A stretch of 64,000 nucleotides of DNA from contig MCFH01000067.1 in the NCBI GenBank assembly GCA_002104945.1, positions 1 through 64,000 on the forward strand, given 5' to 3'. Of the stretch, positions 1 to 12,142 are shown one piece after another. Positions within the stretch are counted from its first letter, which is position 1. Each line of letters starts with the position of its first letter. Source of the DNA: Piromyces finnis finn. Lineage: Eukaryota > Fungi > Neocallimastigomycota. Both the position numbers and the translations under genes were made by a program. The notes beneath the pieces were generated by a model, which made no database searches, was not told the origin of the DNA, and worked only from the letters and a program-made list of their open reading frames with translations.

Positions 1-1
1 T

Positions 2-3000
2 TACTATGAAATCGATCTTATCGATTATTTAATATTCTATTATGGAAAAGAATATTTTTTTAATTCAAAATTCTATCATTATTTATATTTATATTCTAAA
101 TATACTAATAATGAGAAATTAGTAAAACATTTGGACCATGTTAAAAAGACAATTCATTCAAATAAAAAAAATGAATGTTCCAACAATCCTAAACTTGTTA
201 GTAAAAACACTACTAAAAAAAATAAAAAAAAATCTAAAAGCACATGTCTTTCTGAAAGCATTGATAGAAATTTAAAAAATATGAATGACAATATCAACAA
301 TAATGATTTGGATAATAATAATAATAACTCGGCTAACAATAACTCAGCTGGTAACAAACCAAAGAATAATAAATTAAATAATAGTTCAAATAAAAATAAA
401 TTAAATAAAATTTCAAACGATATAAAACCAAATAAAATTTCAGATGATAGCAAATTAAATATTATTCCAAAGGATAATAAATTAAATAATTATTCAAATA
501 AGGATAATTCAAATAATAACAATTTAAACAATAACAATTCAAATAATAATGATTCAAATAAGGATAATTCAAATAATAACAATTTAAACAATAACAATTC
601 AAATAATAATGATCCAAATAAGGATAATTCAAATAATAACAATTTAAACAATAACAATTCAAACAATAATGATCCAAATAAGGATAATTCAAATAAAGAT
701 GATTTAAATGATGATGATAATGATGATGATAATGAAAATGTCAATGAGGTTGAAAAGAGTCACTTTGAAAAAGATTATAATAAAGAATTAAATCATATTA
801 TCGAGAAAAATATAATGATAAAGTATGAAGAATTAGAAGATATATTTGAAAATGGAGGCTATATTGATTCAAAATATTTCAACAAGGAATACATTAGCAA
901 TATTGCTAATAATAAAAGCTTGATTCAATATTTCTCTAAAAAAGGAATACCTATTCATAATAAAAAAGAGGATAGAAAATACACCATTATTTATCCTTTG
1001 ATTTTTTCGGTAAAACAAAATTACATGGATTTTATAAGGGAATTATTAAAGTGTAATCCTTCCATTATAGATGAAATGGATAGTGAACATAAGGTACCAA
1101 TCGTGTATGCTTTTGATAATTATAATACCGAAATTGTTAACTTGTTCATTAATCAATATAAGTATGATGTCAATAAAGTATTTGATAGCAAAAAAGGATT
1201 AACCCCATTGATCTATACAGTTGAAAATAATAATTCAAAAATGTTCAACTATCTTTTCTCAGCAATGAAAAAAGACACAAAAGAAAAAACCATCCATTCA
1301 ATTATTACATATTCATTAAATAATAAAAAGTTTGATATCATTGATTTTATGGATAAAAATAAAAATACCCAATATCTAAAGATATACAGTAAGATGAACA
1401 CTATCTTAAGTAATCCTCATTCGAAAATTGATCTATCGGGGGAAAATGAGAATGGGCATACGATTTATCATTATTCTTGTCTTAAAGGGAATAAGGAACT
1501 TATCCATTGCCTATTAAATAATGGTTATACATTTAATATAGAAAATAAGGGTAAAGATTCACCTTTAATGCTTTCAATCATAAATAAAAATTATCAATGT
1601 TCAAAATATTTATTAAAAAATGATCAATCCTTCGATATAAACTACCGTAATAACAAAAAGGAAATGGCACTAACACTATTGCTAAGAAATCGTGATTCCA
1701 GTAAAGAATTAATTGAAATGCTTTATAAACGAGAGGCTTACCTTACCGAACATGATTTCAAAAATAAATCATTAATAAAATTAATGATCGAAAGTAATAA
1801 CCTTCTTGATCTTTTTATAAAATATGGTATTAGAATTAAAACAAATGCTCAGGATATTAAATTGGAAAAAACACCAATTATATTTGCTGTTAAGATTAAA
1901 GATAAAAATCTCTTGATTGCATTATTAAAAAGGTCTGGCGCAAATCCTAATGAACTGGATAAAAATAATAAATCACCATTATACTATGCGATAAAACAAA
2001 ATAATGTTGAATTTATTAGAATATTACTTAATTTCAATGGTGATATTAATCAAAAAATTATGGGAAAAACTTGCTTGATTTATACTATTGAAAAAAATAA
2101 TATGGCTATTTTTTCAGAAATAATTAAAAATAAAACAATTAAAAATAATAAATACTCTTTAATTTATTCTATTTTTTCCTTTGCTTATCGCTTAAAAGAT
2201 TATAAAATCTTAAAATTTTTGACAGATCAAGAAGAACTTTTAAATGAAAATGATTTCCCTACGTATAAACTATTAGAACAAATAGTTGGCTTAAACGAAT
2301 TTCAGGATATCAATGAAAATGTAGATGAAAAAGGAAGAAATTTATTGCATTATACTTGCTCTATTGGAAATGAAAAACTTCTTGGTATTTTATTCAATGA
2401 AAAACTTAAATTTGACATTAATAAACCATGTCGTGATGGTTCTACTCCATTAATTCTTTCAATCAAAGAGGGTCATTTTGAATGTGCTGCGGAAATCATT
2501 GAAAAAGGAGCCAATGTCAATCAATGTGATCAAAATAAGAAAACACCTATAATGTATATCTTGGAAAAAAATGATAAAAATGAAACCGAAAATATAATGC
2601 TTAATCTTTTAAATCATGGTTCCTACATTCCTATTAAATACTTTAAGGATCATGCCTACACAAAATATATTATTAAAAATATCAAATTAATGAAAAGAAT
2701 AGCGTATGAGGGTGTTGATCTCATAGACGAAGATGAAGAAGTTTTAAAAATTAAATATCCTTTAATATTTTTTGTAAAAGAAAATTATTTGTCCTTTGCT
2801 ACCGAATTAATTAAATATGGTGCAGTCATTGACCAAAAGGATGATAGTGGCCGAAATGCCCTCGATTACGCAATAATCAATAAAAATATTGATATAATAA
2901 AAAAACTTTTGGATAATAATATAAAGTTTAATCAATTAGCATTACTAAAAACGTGTATAGGTAAGAATAATCCATCTATATTTACCCTTCTTTTAGAGTA

Positions 3001-6000
3001 CATTATTATCAAGGAAAACAAAATAAAATTAAATGAATACCTACAAACCATCATTCAAGAGAGTATTAAAACATCTAATAAAACAAGTATTGAATTTCTT
3101 AATACTCATTTAAGAAAAAAGTACTACAACGCTTACAATACTCTTCATGATATCTTAATAAAAATGGATAACAATGAAGATATTCAAAATCAAATGCCTT
3201 TACACAATGCTTGTAAAATTGGAAAATTGAATTTATTTGAAAAATTATCCAAAAATAAAAATATTAATTGTAATCAAAAGGATAATGAAGGATCAACTCC
3301 ATTAATTTGTTTAGTGAAAAATAAGCATGTCGATGGTGTCAAACCTTTCTTTGGATACTTTAAGAATGTTGATGTAAATTTGACTGATAATCATAATAAA
3401 ACCGCAATAGAATATTTATTAGATTATGATCATAAGGATATAGAACTCTATATTCTATTCATGAAACGAGGAGCCTATTTTAATTATAATATGATAAAAA
3501 ACAACAAAAGTTTTAAAACTATACTTCTTGAATCCGAATCTTTTGTTCACTATATCATCCATAACGGAATTAACTATTATAACGATGATGATGAAACAGT
3601 AGTCCCAGTACAAAAAAATCTTGTAAGATTTTCAGTTTATCACCAATTTCATTCTTTATTAGCAGCATTAATAAAGAATGGTGTAGAGGTACATTCAAAG
3701 GATATCAAACGTATTCTTAAAGAAAACAATAAAAAAGTTTTTGGTATTTTGATGGAATATATTCATAGAGATAAACAGCAAGAAATAGTTGAAATTATTT
3801 TCTCGGGAGCTTTTAAATCCAAAAATTGTGACACTCTTTGGAATATGATGGATTACTTTAAAGATGTCGAGGATCAAAATGCTAAAATTCTTCTTGGTGA
3901 TATTAAGGAAAATATAAATTTGTACATAAATGGTAATTACGAACCACTTCATCAAGCCTGTTTTAATAGTAATTTCAAATGTATTTCTTCTTTACAACAC
4001 TATAAATATGACGGTAATACTAGAAGTAATTCTAATGGTGAAACCGCATTGATAACATCCATAAAGAATTGTAAATACAATTGTGTTATTTATTTATTAA
4101 ATAGTTTTGATATCGATGTCACCATTCCAGATAAAAATGGTATAACACCATTAATTCAAATGATCATTAATAAACAAACAAAAGAAATGAAGACAGAATG
4201 TATTGAAATATTCAAAGTATTGATTCATCATACAGACTTATCCATGGAATATCAAGGAGAATCTCTTTTACAACTTTCCATAAAGCATATGAAAAATGAT
4301 TATGCCAAAATAATTATGAATAGACTTGGTTTAAAAATTGATGGTGAAGATGGCAAGGAGATTTTAAGTTATATGATAGATAATAAAATTGAAAACGAAG
4401 AAATTTATGAATATCTATTTAATAAAGGTGCTTATATGGAATTTAAATATGTGTTTAATTCAGTTAGCGTTATTTTGATTGAAGAAAACCCTGTTTTAGT
4501 AAAATATTTTGCAAATCATGGAATGAGAATTGAATCTCGTGGTAAAATTCAACATATAAAAACACCCGTAATTCATTTTATAAATGGTAATAAACGTATA
4601 ATTACTGAACGTCTTTTAAATGCCAATAATAAATTGGCAGAAGAAATTGATGAAGAAGGTTTCACTCCTTTATTCAGATGTATTGAAAAAAATAATCACA
4701 GCATATTTTTCAAACTTTTAAATGACTATCATGTTGATATTAACAAAACAAATGAAATGGGTGAAACACCATTAAAATATGCAAAAAGAATAAAAGCTCA
4801 TCAAATAATGATTTCATACTTAGAAAAATGTCATAATTCCAAAAACGATGATAGTTATGCTTCCAATCATTCTAGTAATAGTAATCGCAGTGAAATAAGA
4901 CGTAACAACAATAAAAGTTTAAGTGAAAATGCAAAATTAATCACTAGAAAGTCTATAAATCAAGAAGACATTAAAAATATATATAGTATTAATAGTTATC
5001 TTGATTCTGGAAAATTAACGAAAAATAATGATGATAATAGTGATGACTCATTATTAATTTACACTATTGAAGAAGATGACAATGAAGAAATTGATTATGG
5101 AAGTGATATTAGTGATACCAGTGGAAGTGAATATGGATTTAATTATAGAAACATCACTAGTGATATTGATATTGAAAAAAATAATATTTTTTCAATAGTA
5201 AATGAAGCTGAAGATGTTAGTGATATTGATAAAAATGATATTTTTTTATCAGTAAATGAAGTTGAAGATGAATTTGAATTTGAAGATAATAATGAAAATG
5301 AAGATGAAGATAAAAGTGAAGATGAATTTGAATTTGAAAAAGAAGAAAAATATGTTTATAATAATCGTATTGTTGAAAATGAAGAAGAAAAAGAAAATTA
5401 TAAATGTGACGTTAGTAGTGATAATATTGAGGAATATGAAACTATGTCAATATTAAGTAAAGATAATGATACTGATAGTACCAATGATGATGATGAAAAC
5501 AAAGACGATAATAGAGTTGATATTATTACTAATGATGAAAATGATGATGATATATCTTTAACTGAACTATTAAGGAATCCATCTACACAAAACAATGAAA
5601 AATTAAAGTTATGGATAGAAAGGCATGATCCATATGGAGTTTATCCGCCAGAAAATTTAACTATCTTGGAATATAGCATTAATTATAAAAATAAGGAATG
5701 TTTTAAATATTATGTTAATAAAATATCTAATGATGAAAAAAATATACTTTTATTAAATGAAATCAAAAATTATAATGATGATGATTTAATTAATGAATTT
5801 ATTAAAATTCTTCTTTTAAATGGAGCCGATGCTAATTTAGTTGATCCATCCAACCAAAAATCATTATTAATTTATGCGACAGAAAAAAATAGTATTAACT
5901 TGGTAAAACAATTAATCGAATTTAATGCTGATATAAATTATAAAACACCTCAGGGTTTAACATCGATGAAGGCAGCTATTAAAAATAATAACATTAACAT

Positions 6001-6028
6001 ATTTAAATTATTCATACCCAAAAAATAA
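2..6028 (+). CDS. Large multi-ankyrin-repeat protein with Asn-rich N-terminal and acidic C-terminal low-complexity regions; 5'-partial
   Basis: Many ankyrin motifs (e.g. GHTIYHYSCLKGNKELIHCLLNNG, GSTPLILSIKEGHFECAAEIIEKGANVN). The frame stays open upstream of the TTG at 131 all the way to position 2 (YYEIDLIDYLIFYYGKEYFF...), so the true start lies outside the window. Confidence 0.9.
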   Translation, partial: YYEIDLIDYLIFYYGKEYFFNSKFYHYLYLYSKYTNNEKLVKHLDHVKKTIHSNKKNECSNNPKLVSKNTTKKNKKKSKSTCLSESIDRNLKNMNDNINNNDLDNNNNNSANNNSAGNKPKNNKLNNSSNKNKLNKISNDIKPNKISDDSKLNIIPKDNKLNNYSNKDNSNNNNLNNNNSNNNDSNKDNSNNNNLNNNNSNNNDPNKDNSNNNNLNNNNSNNNDPNKDNSNKDDLNDDDNDDDNENVNEVEKSHFEKDYNKELNHIIEKNIMIKYEELEDIFENGGYIDSKYFNKEYISNIANNKSLIQYFSKKGIPIHNKKEDRKYTIIYPLIFSVKQNYMDFIRELLKCNPSIIDEMDSEHKVPIVYAFDNYNTEIVNLFINQYKYDVNKVFDSKKGLTPLIYTVENNNSKMFNYLFSAMKKDTKEKTIHSIITYSLNNKKFDIIDFMDKNKNTQYLKIYSKMNTILSNPHSKIDLSGENENGHTIYHYSCLKGNKELIHCLLNNGYTFNIENKGKDSPLMLSIINKNYQCSKYLLKNDQSFDINYRNNKKEMALTLLLRNRDSSKELIEMLYKREAYLTEHDFKNKSLIKLMIESNNLLDLFIKYGIRIKTNAQDIKLEKTPIIFAVKIKDKNLLIALLKRSGANPNELDKNNKSPLYYAIKQNNVEFIRILLNFNGDINQKIMGKTCLIYTIEKNNMAIFSEIIKNKTIKNNKYSLIYSIFSFAYRLKDYKILKFLTDQEELLNENDFPTYKLLEQIVGLNEFQDINENVDEKGRNLLHYTCSIGNEKLLGILFNEKLKFDINKPCRDGSTPLILSIKEGHFECAAEIIEKGANVNQCDQNKKTPIMYILEKNDKNETENIMLNLLNHGSYIPIKYFKDHAYTKYIIKNIKLMKRIAYEGVDLIDEDEEVLKIKYPLIFFVKENYLSFATELIKYGAVIDQKDDSGRNALDYAIINKNIDIIKKLLDNNIKFNQLALLKTCIGKNNPSIFTLLLEYIIIKENKIKLNEYLQTIIQESIKTSNKTSIEFLNTHLRKKYYNAYNTLHDILIKMDNNEDIQNQMPLHNACKIGKLNLFEKLSKNKNINCNQKDNEGSTPLICLVKNKHVDGVKPFFGYFKNVDVNLTDNHNKTAIEYLLDYDHKDIELYILFMKRGAYFNYNMIKNNKSFKTILLESESFVHYIIHNGINYYNDDDETVVPVQKNLVRFSVYHQFHSLLAALIKNGVEVHSKDIKRILKENNKKVFGILMEYIHRDKQQEIVEIIFSGAFKSKNCDTLWNMMDYFKDVEDQNAKILLGDIKENINLYINGNYEPLHQACFNSNFKCISSLQHYKYDGNTRSNSNGETALITSIKNCKYNCVIYLLNSFDIDVTIPDKNGITPLIQMIINKQTKEMKTECIEIFKVLIHHTDLSMEYQGESLLQLSIKHMKNDYAKIIMNRLGLKIDGEDGKEILSYMIDNKIENEEIYEYLFNKGAYMEFKYVFNSVSVILIEENPVLVKYFANHGMRIESRGKIQHIKTPVIHFINGNKRIITERLLNANNKLAEEIDEEGFTPLFRCIEKNNHSIFFKLLNDYHVDINKTNEMGETPLKYAKRIKAHQIMISYLEKCHNSKNDDSYASNHSSNSNRSEIRRNNNKSLSENAKLITRKSINQEDIKNIYSINSYLDSGKLTKNNDDNSDDSLLIYTIEEDDNEEIDYGSDISDTSGSEYGFNYRNITSDIDIEKNNIFSIVNEAEDVSDIDKNDIFLSVNEVEDEFEFEDNNENEDEDKSEDEFEFEKEEKYVYNNRIVENEEEKENYKCDVSSDNIEEYETMSILSKDNDTDSTNDDDENKDDNRVDIITNDENDDDISLTELLRNPSTQNNEKLKLWIERHDPYGVYPPENLTILEYSINYKNKECFKYYVNKISNDEKNILLLNEIKNYNDDDLINEFIKILLLNGADANLVDPSNQKSLLIYATEKNSINLVKQLIEFNADINYKTPQGLTSMKAAIKNNNINIFKLFIPKK
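497..695 (+). repeat. 60-bp coding tandem repeat, about 3.3 copies (NKDNSNNNNLNNNNSNNND[S/P])
   Basis: Near-identical units start at 497, 557, 617 and 677 (partial). Confidence 0.9.
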
Positions 6029-6340
6029 TAGGTTAGTTTTTACATATCATTTATATATAATTAGTAAAAAATAAAGATTTAACTAATTGTTTATTTTTTT
6101 TTTTTCTTTAATAAAAAGAACTTTATTATTTTGAATAAAATTAAAGAAATTTATAATCATGATATTAAATATATATAAATATATATATAAATAATTTTTT
6201 CTTTTCTCTTTTTTTTCTTCATTATATAAATTGTATTAAAAGTAAAAGTAAAATAAAATAAAAAATTAAATTTAAAAAATGAAGCTTTCATTGTATTTTT
6301 TTAAAAATATTAAAATATTTAATTACGTAATGTAATGTAT

Positions 6341-6822
6341 TGATACGGTAACACAAAATGCATTAAATATAAATTATTGTTTTACAATTTCTTAATACAT
6401 TTATTAATTATTTGTATACAAATGTATTACCATTAACATTTAATATAATTTATAATAATATAACAATAAAATATTACAAATAATTAAATGACAAAAATAA
6501 GTTTTTATATAGTAAAAATTATTGTTAAAAAGAGTGTGGAAACAATAAAGAAAAGAAAATATAAAAACGAGATTAAATTTGTCTAAATTGAAATGATTGT
6601 GTTAATAATAAATAATATTTTATAGAATAAATCTGGTGTTATTTTATTCTATATAAATATTATAAAATAATAAAACTATTAAAATTATAAGGACAAATTA
6701 AATTTATTTAATAAAACTAGTAGATATTGTTAAAGCTTGTACAATAACTGTCAAGATAAAACAATATAAGGTAACGAAGAAGTAGTTTAAAAAGTTGTAA
6801 CATAACTGCCAATTCTTTATCA
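6341..6822 (+). mobile_element. Solo-LTR-like unit U1, diverged relative of LTR-A
   Basis: Starts TGATAC, ends TTATCA. About 6488-6822 aligns by eye to 10020-10351 with many substitutions. Left boundary less certain because there is no A-run to its left. Confidence 0.65.
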
Positions 6823-6826
6823 AAAA

Positions 6827-7088
6827 TGATATATTTTCATAATAATAAAATATCAAATATTATTTATAATTGAAAAGCTCTCTCTCCTTTAATATCTTGT
6901 TCTTTATCACTGTTTATATATCTTTTCCTTCCTTATGTAACTAATTATTCTAATATATGTGCAACATTTGCATCATAATAATTTATACTATTATGGTTTA
7001 ATTATTATTATCATTACAATTTATAAAAGGATTAGATATTATTCGTAAAATATTTAAAATATTATATTTTTCTGTGCATCTTGTATCA
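6827..7088. mobile_element. Solo-LTR-like unit U2 (short; same family as U4)
   Basis: TGATAT...TTGTATCA, flanked by AAAA on both sides. About 6845-7088 matches 8375-8627. Confidence 0.65.
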
Positions 7089-7092
7089 AAAA

Positions 7093-7356
7093 TGATATAA
7101 TTTGATAATCTTAATTTTGAAGTTTACTTTAAAAAGTGATTATTATATTATACCTTTGATTATAACTATATAAGTTATATGGATTAGAATTTGAAATTGT
7201 TTTTATAAAAATTAATAAAATTGTTTTATTACAACACTAAATTATTTTATTAGAAACACTCGTTTTTCTAATATTTAAATTTTTAAAATTTTATTAAGTT
7301 ATTAAAATGATTATTAAAATTATAAAATTATTAACTAACTATATAATATTTTCTTT

Positions 7357-7389
<33 letters not shown>

Positions 7390-7906
7390 TAAAATAAGAA
7401 TATTTACATGTATTTATATTTTCTTTTAAACTTAAACTATTTACATTAAAATAATAAAATTAATAACTATTTACAATAAAAGTAATAAAAGTAATTAAAA
7501 ATAACAATAAAAGAAATAATTAAAAGTTAAAGAATATAGAAAGTTTTTTATTTTACAATTAATTAAAGTAATAATTATTTTTAATATTTTAATAAAAGTG
7601 TTTAATTATATTATTTTATAACATGAATTATTATATTTATTTACTTTTAAAGTGTAATTCACTAGTTATTAAATATTTAATTTAACAATTAATTTAACAA
7701 AAGTTATATATTTTGATCTCGATTAATTAAAGTTTATTATTTTTTTTTCAATAATCAAAATATATGCAGTGTCAAGGATTAATTTTATTTTAAAATTTTG
7801 GTAAAAGTAATTAATTAAACTATAACTTATTTTAAGTTACTTTTAGGGTTAACTTAAAAATCAGGCATAATAATAATTTTATATTTATTAATTTCATTAT
7901 TTATCA
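7093..7906. mobile_element. Solo-LTR-like unit U3 (same family as U7)
   Basis: TGATAT...TTTATCA. Aligns end to end with 10357-11188 at roughly 90% by eye. Confidence 0.7.
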
Positions 7907-7909
7907 CAA

Positions 7910-8627
7910 TGATGCAATATATTTCAAAGATACCATAAATAAAATATAATTGTGAACGTTAGCAATAGAGAATGATAGTTGAATAATATATTAGATAATA
8001 TTGTATTTATTTCTATTTTATAATAATAAAAATAAATAATAAGAATAAATAGTAAAAATAATAAATTTTATAATAATATAATTAAATAGATTTTGGTTTA
8101 AAGTTTCTTTATTTAATTATTATTATTATTATGATTATAACATTAATAACATTCAATACTAGTAGAATCGAAAGTTATTGTTTAATAAATATAAAATTAC
8201 TATTAATAATAAAATATAACTTTTCTGAAATAATAAAAATAAACAATAAATATTCTTTTCTTTTATAATTAATATTTTAAACTGAATTAAATATAATAAA
8301 TACTAAATACGTAATTATTAACTTAAAACTGACCTAAACTAGAACTATTAAAATAAAACTTATACTTAAAACTAAAATATCAAATATTATTTATAAATGA
8401 AAAGTTCTCTCTTCTTTAATATCTTGTTCTTTATCACTGTTTTTATATCTTTTCCTTTCTTGTGTAACTAATTATTCTAATATATATGCAACATTTGCAT
8501 CATAATAATTTATACTAATATAGTTTAATTATTATTATCATTAGTAATTAGTATACAATTTATAAAAGGATTAGATATTATTCGTAAGATATTTAAAATA
8601 TTATATTTTTCTGTGCATCTTGTATCA
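7910..8627. mobile_element. Solo-LTR-like unit U4
   Basis: Imperfect 8-bp terminal inverted repeat TGATGCAA...TTGTATCA. Its 3' part is shared with U2. Confidence 0.65.
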
Positions 8628-8631
8628 AAAA

Positions 8632-9725
8632 TGATGCGTTGACCGATGTATTTTTGAATAATATAATGTTTTTAGTAAGTAATAAATTCTATATTATTAT
8701 GATGAAACAATAAATTTAAAATAAAATAAAATATGTTTTATAATTAACAAATAATCACTCAAAACTCGAAAATAAACTTTTATTATGTTTTAAATTAAAT
8801 CTTTATTATATTTTATAATTTATTTATTATCTATTTATTGTTTTTTTTTATTCTCTACTTATTGTCCGATTTTTATGAAGAAGAATTTTATCTTCCTTTT
8901 ATACATTTTCATTTATTACATGTATTATTATTTTTAACTATTAAATATTATTATTACTATTGTTATTATTTATTAAAATTAAAAGAATAAATTAAAATTA
9001 TGTCTTAGTATTATAAAATATTATAGAATATTACTTATTTGATTTTCTTATTACTTCAAAATGTTTAAATTGAGAAAAATTATTATAAATTAACATTGAC
9101 TATCATTAAATGTATAATACCTTGAATAAAATAATTAAAATTTAAAATTAAAATAATATTAAATTAAAATTAAAATAAAATTAAGACAAAATTAAAATAT
9201 TAAAAGTATCAATTATTATAAGCACACATTTTATACAGAAACATAAAAGAGTTCTGTATTTTATCTTAAAATCGTTATTATTGTTCTATTTCCAGGTTTT
9301 AAGTTTATCATTTTTAGTAATAATTACTCAATTAGTTATTTATTAATTTATAAGTTTAAGAGAATTTCTAAAGAACACTTGGATAAAACACTAAAATTAA
9401 TAGTTTGATGTATATCATTTTATTTTTAGTTTATTTATTCATTTTTATTTATTTATTATTATTTTATTATTTTAGTACATTATTGGATTAAGTCGGTTTA
9501 TTTATTTAATAATTTATTTTATTATTATCACTATTAGGTCGTTTTTCCTCAGAATTTATTATAATAAAGAGAATATTATTTATTTAAGAAAAGGTTATAT
9601 TTTCATAAAATTATTATTCATTCATTTTTAAGGATTATTATCATTTATTTTTATTATAAGTTACTATGGGTTAAGTCGTGTTTATTCAGCTAGTTTTTAC
9701 TATGTTTTTATGGGAGTAGCGTATC
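8632..9725. mobile_element. Solo-LTR-like unit U5
   Basis: Imperfect 9-bp terminal inverted repeat TGATGCGTT...AGCGTATCA, flanked by AAAA and AAAAA. Confidence 0.6.
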
Positions 9726-9730
9726 AAAAA

Positions 9731-10351
9731 TGATAAATAATAATTATAAATATATTATACATTTGATATTAGTAGAAATTTTTATTATAAAATAATTATT
9801 AAATAATTTTATATAGTTTATTATAAAAATATAATTTACATAAAATCAAATATTTTATAAATTTATATATTTGATTGGGTTAAATTATAAAAATAATTTT
9901 TATTATAAAGAATAATAATAATTTTTAGTAGAAAATGAGAAGACTTAGATTATTAATAATAAGTTAAATTTTAATAATAGTTAATATAATTAATTAGTGA
10001 ATACATAATAATATTTAAAAGACAAAAATAAGTTTTTATATAATAAAAATTATTGTTAAAAAGAGCGTAAGAACAATAAATAAAAGAAAATATAAAAACG
10101 AAATTAAACTTGTCTAATTTGTAATTATTGTGTTAATAATAAATAATATTTTATAGAATAAATCTGGTGTTATTATTCTATATAAATATTATTAAAATAA
10201 TAAAACTATTAAAACTATAAAATAACTTAAAATAAATTAATAAAACTAGTAGATATTGTTAAAGCTCGTACAATAGCTGTCGAGATAAAACAATATAAGA
10301 TAACAGAAGAAGTAGTTAAAAAGTTATAATATAACTACCAATCCGTTATCA
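9731..10351 (+). mobile_element. Solo LTR of element A family (U6), opposite orientation to element A
   Basis: 621 bp, reverse complement of 11192-11812 with a few substitutions. Flanked by AAAAA on both sides. Confidence 0.92.
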
Positions 10352-10356
10352 AAAAA

Positions 10357-10629
10357 TGATATAATTTGATAATAATCTTAATTTTGAATTTTACTTCAAA
10401 AAGTGATTATTATATTATATCTTTTGTTATAACTATATAAGTTATATTGATTAAGATTTAAAATCGTTTTTTATAAAAATTAATAAAATTGTTTTGTTAA
10501 AACACTAAATTGTTTTATTAGAAACACTTGTTTTTCTAATATTTAAATATTTAAAATTTTTTATTTATTTAAGTATAAAAGTGATTATTAAAATTATAAA
10601 ATATTAATCTAACTATATAATATTTCTTT

Positions 10630-10668
<39 letters not shown>

Positions 10669-11188
10669 TAAAATAAGAATATTTACATGTATTTATATTT
10701 TCTTTTAAATTTAAACTATTTACATTAAAACAATAAAATTAATAACTATTTACAATAAAAGTAATAAAAGTAATTAGAAATAACAATAAAAGAAATAATT
10801 GAAAGTTAAAGAATATAAAAAGTTGTTTATTTTACAATTAATTAAAGTAATAATTATTTTTAATGTTTTAATAAAGGTGTTTAATTATATTATTTTATAA
10901 CATGAATTATTATATTTGTTTACTTTTAAAGTGTAATTTACTAACGAAGTTATTAAATATTTAATTTAACAATTAATTTAACAAAAGTTATATATTTTGA
11001 TCTCGATTAATTAAAGTTTATTATTTTCTTTCAATAATCAAAATATATGCAGTGTTTAGGATTAATTTTATTTAAGAATTTTGGTAAAGTACTTAATTAA
11101 ACTATAACTTGTTTTAAGTTACTTTTAGGGTTAACTTAAAAATCAGGTATAATAATAATTTTATATTTATTAATTTCATTATTTATCA
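10357..11188. mobile_element. Solo-LTR-like unit U7 (same family as U3)
   Basis: TGATAT...TTTATCA; homologous to 7093-7906. Confidence 0.7.
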
Positions 11189-11191
11189 AAA

Positions 11192-11812
11192 TGATAACGG
11201 ATTGGTAGTTATATTACAACTTTTTAACTACTTCTTCTGTTATCTTATATTGTTTTATCTCGACAGCTATTGTACGAGCTTTAACAATATCTACTAGTTT
11301 TATTAATTTATTTTATGCTATTTTATAGTTTTAATAGTTTTATTATTTAATAATATTTATATAGAATAATAACACCAGATTTATTCTATAAAATATTATT
11401 TATTATTAACACAATAATTACAAATTAGACAAGTTTAATTTCGTTTTTATATTTTCTTTTATTTATTGTTCTTACGCTCTTTTTAACAATAATTTTTATT
11501 ATATAAAAACTTATTTTTGTCTTTTTAAATATTATTATGTATTCACTAATTAATTATATTAACTATTATTAAAATTTAACTTATTATTAATAATCTAAGT
11601 CTTCCTATTTTCTACTAAAAATTATTATTATTCTTTATATTAAAAATTATTTTTATAATTTAACCCAATCAAATATATAAATTTATAAAATATTTGATTT
11701 TATGTAAATTATATTTTTATAATAAACTATATAAAATTATTTAATAATTATTTTATAATAAAATTTTCTACTAATATCAAATTTATAATATATTTATAAT
11801 TATTATTTATCA
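11192..11812 (-). repeat. 3' LTR of element A
   Basis: Direct repeat of 23505-24125; adjacent to the PPT. Confidence 0.95.
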
Positions 11813-11815
11813 AGA

Positions 11816-11826
11816 TTTCCTCCCCT
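11816..11826 (-). other. Polypurine tract of element A (AGGGGAGGAAA)
   Basis: Purine run 3 nt before the 3' LTR on the minus strand. Confidence 0.8.
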
Positions 11827-12142
11827 AAGATACGACTTAGTGGTAGCTGATAAAAGTATTCATAAATAATAATAAATATATAAGTTTTTGATATTTTTAT
11901 ACTAAATATTTGAAAATTTAAATTAAATTTTTTTTTTTTTTTTTTTTTATATATATGATAAAAATAATATAAAATAAAGTTTATAAAAAAAAATGATGAA
12001 AAATTTGAAAATTTTTATTAATAAAATTTTTTTTCAAAAAAAGTAAAAAAAATAAAATAGATGAGATAAAATTCGTCTTCAGTATATTAATATGTGTTTT
12101 TCTTGAAATTTATATAATAATCGCCATTTTTTTTATATGATT

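Noticed and set aside
131-133. TTG as start of the ankyrin protein
   Set aside because: The frame is open to the window edge, so the gene starts upstream.
154-744. Short minus-strand ORFs, and similar shadow ORFs over pol genes and 53458-54060 (+)
   Set aside because: Antisense or alternative-frame by-products of low-complexity or long coding sequence.
6341-11191. True CRISPR array
   Set aside because: The junction motif is only about 12 bp, units are 260-1100 bp and include a proven solo LTR, there are no cas genes, and the context is eukaryotic. The CRISPR comparison is an analogy only.
9731-11812. DNA transposon with 621-bp terminal inverted repeats
   Set aside because: The right arm is the 3' LTR of element A (PPT-adjacent, direct partner at 23505) and the left arm is an independent solo LTR with its own A-run flanks.
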